From an uncultured delta proteobacterium (GTDB taxonomy: Bacteria; Desulfobacterota; Syntrophia; Syntrophales; UBA2185), in the NCBI GenBank assembly GCA_963695875.1, contig CAVOID010000016.1, positions 1-60,866 on the forward strand: a stretch of DNA of 60,866 nucleotides, read 5' to 3'. How positions within the stretch are numbered: the first letter of the stretch is position 1; the number at the start of each line of letters is the position of its first letter. Under the pieces are notes generated by a model. It was given only the letters and a program-made list of their open reading frames with translations, did no database searches and had not been told where the DNA came from. Shown here piece by piece: positions 58,115 through 60,866 of the stretch. The translations under genes and the position numbers were made by a program.

Positions 58115-60866
<2,752 letters not shown>

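Overview
Bacterial chromosomal segment, probably from an anaerobic deltaproteobacterium (Desulfobacterota/Syntrophales-like, inferred from gene order and protein style). It contains many single-base indels, even in essential genes (rpoC, rpoA, secY, rpsD/K/M/E), so it looks like an incompletely polished long-read assembly. (1) 1-27 kb is a surface-glycan/LPS locus. It holds a MarR-led pseudaminic-acid-type pathway (pseB, pseC, pseG-GNAT, pseI) interrupted by an aldo/keto reductase and a SpsF-type cytidylyltransferase joined to a class III aminotransferase. It also holds a LIC12162-type protein, a flippase, an O-methyltransferase, an acyltransferase, an HpcH aldolase, a KdsB-like CMP transferase, a radical SAM/SPASM enzyme, several GT2/GT4 enzymes, an O-antigen ligase-like protein, a carbamoyltransferase + DUF5989 + SxtJ trio and a GT-D-fold-like protein. 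(2) 27-38 kb is housekeeping: Gate-domain protein, PhzF family, cysS, argC, rplM-rpsI, lptD, folC, an MBL-fold phosphodiesterase and a small EF-Tu-domain-II-like protein. (3) 38-61 kb is rpoC (3' part) plus the contiguous str-S10-spc-alpha ribosomal superoperon, lacking adk. The most unusual signal is that at least six spacers of this normally compact superoperon hold short palindromic elements of about four families, mostly just after stop codons. One is a 105-bp IS200/IS605-type mini-element nested inside another repeat. The glycan locus also suggests an 8-amino-nonulosonic-acid pathway and a second ulosonate module.
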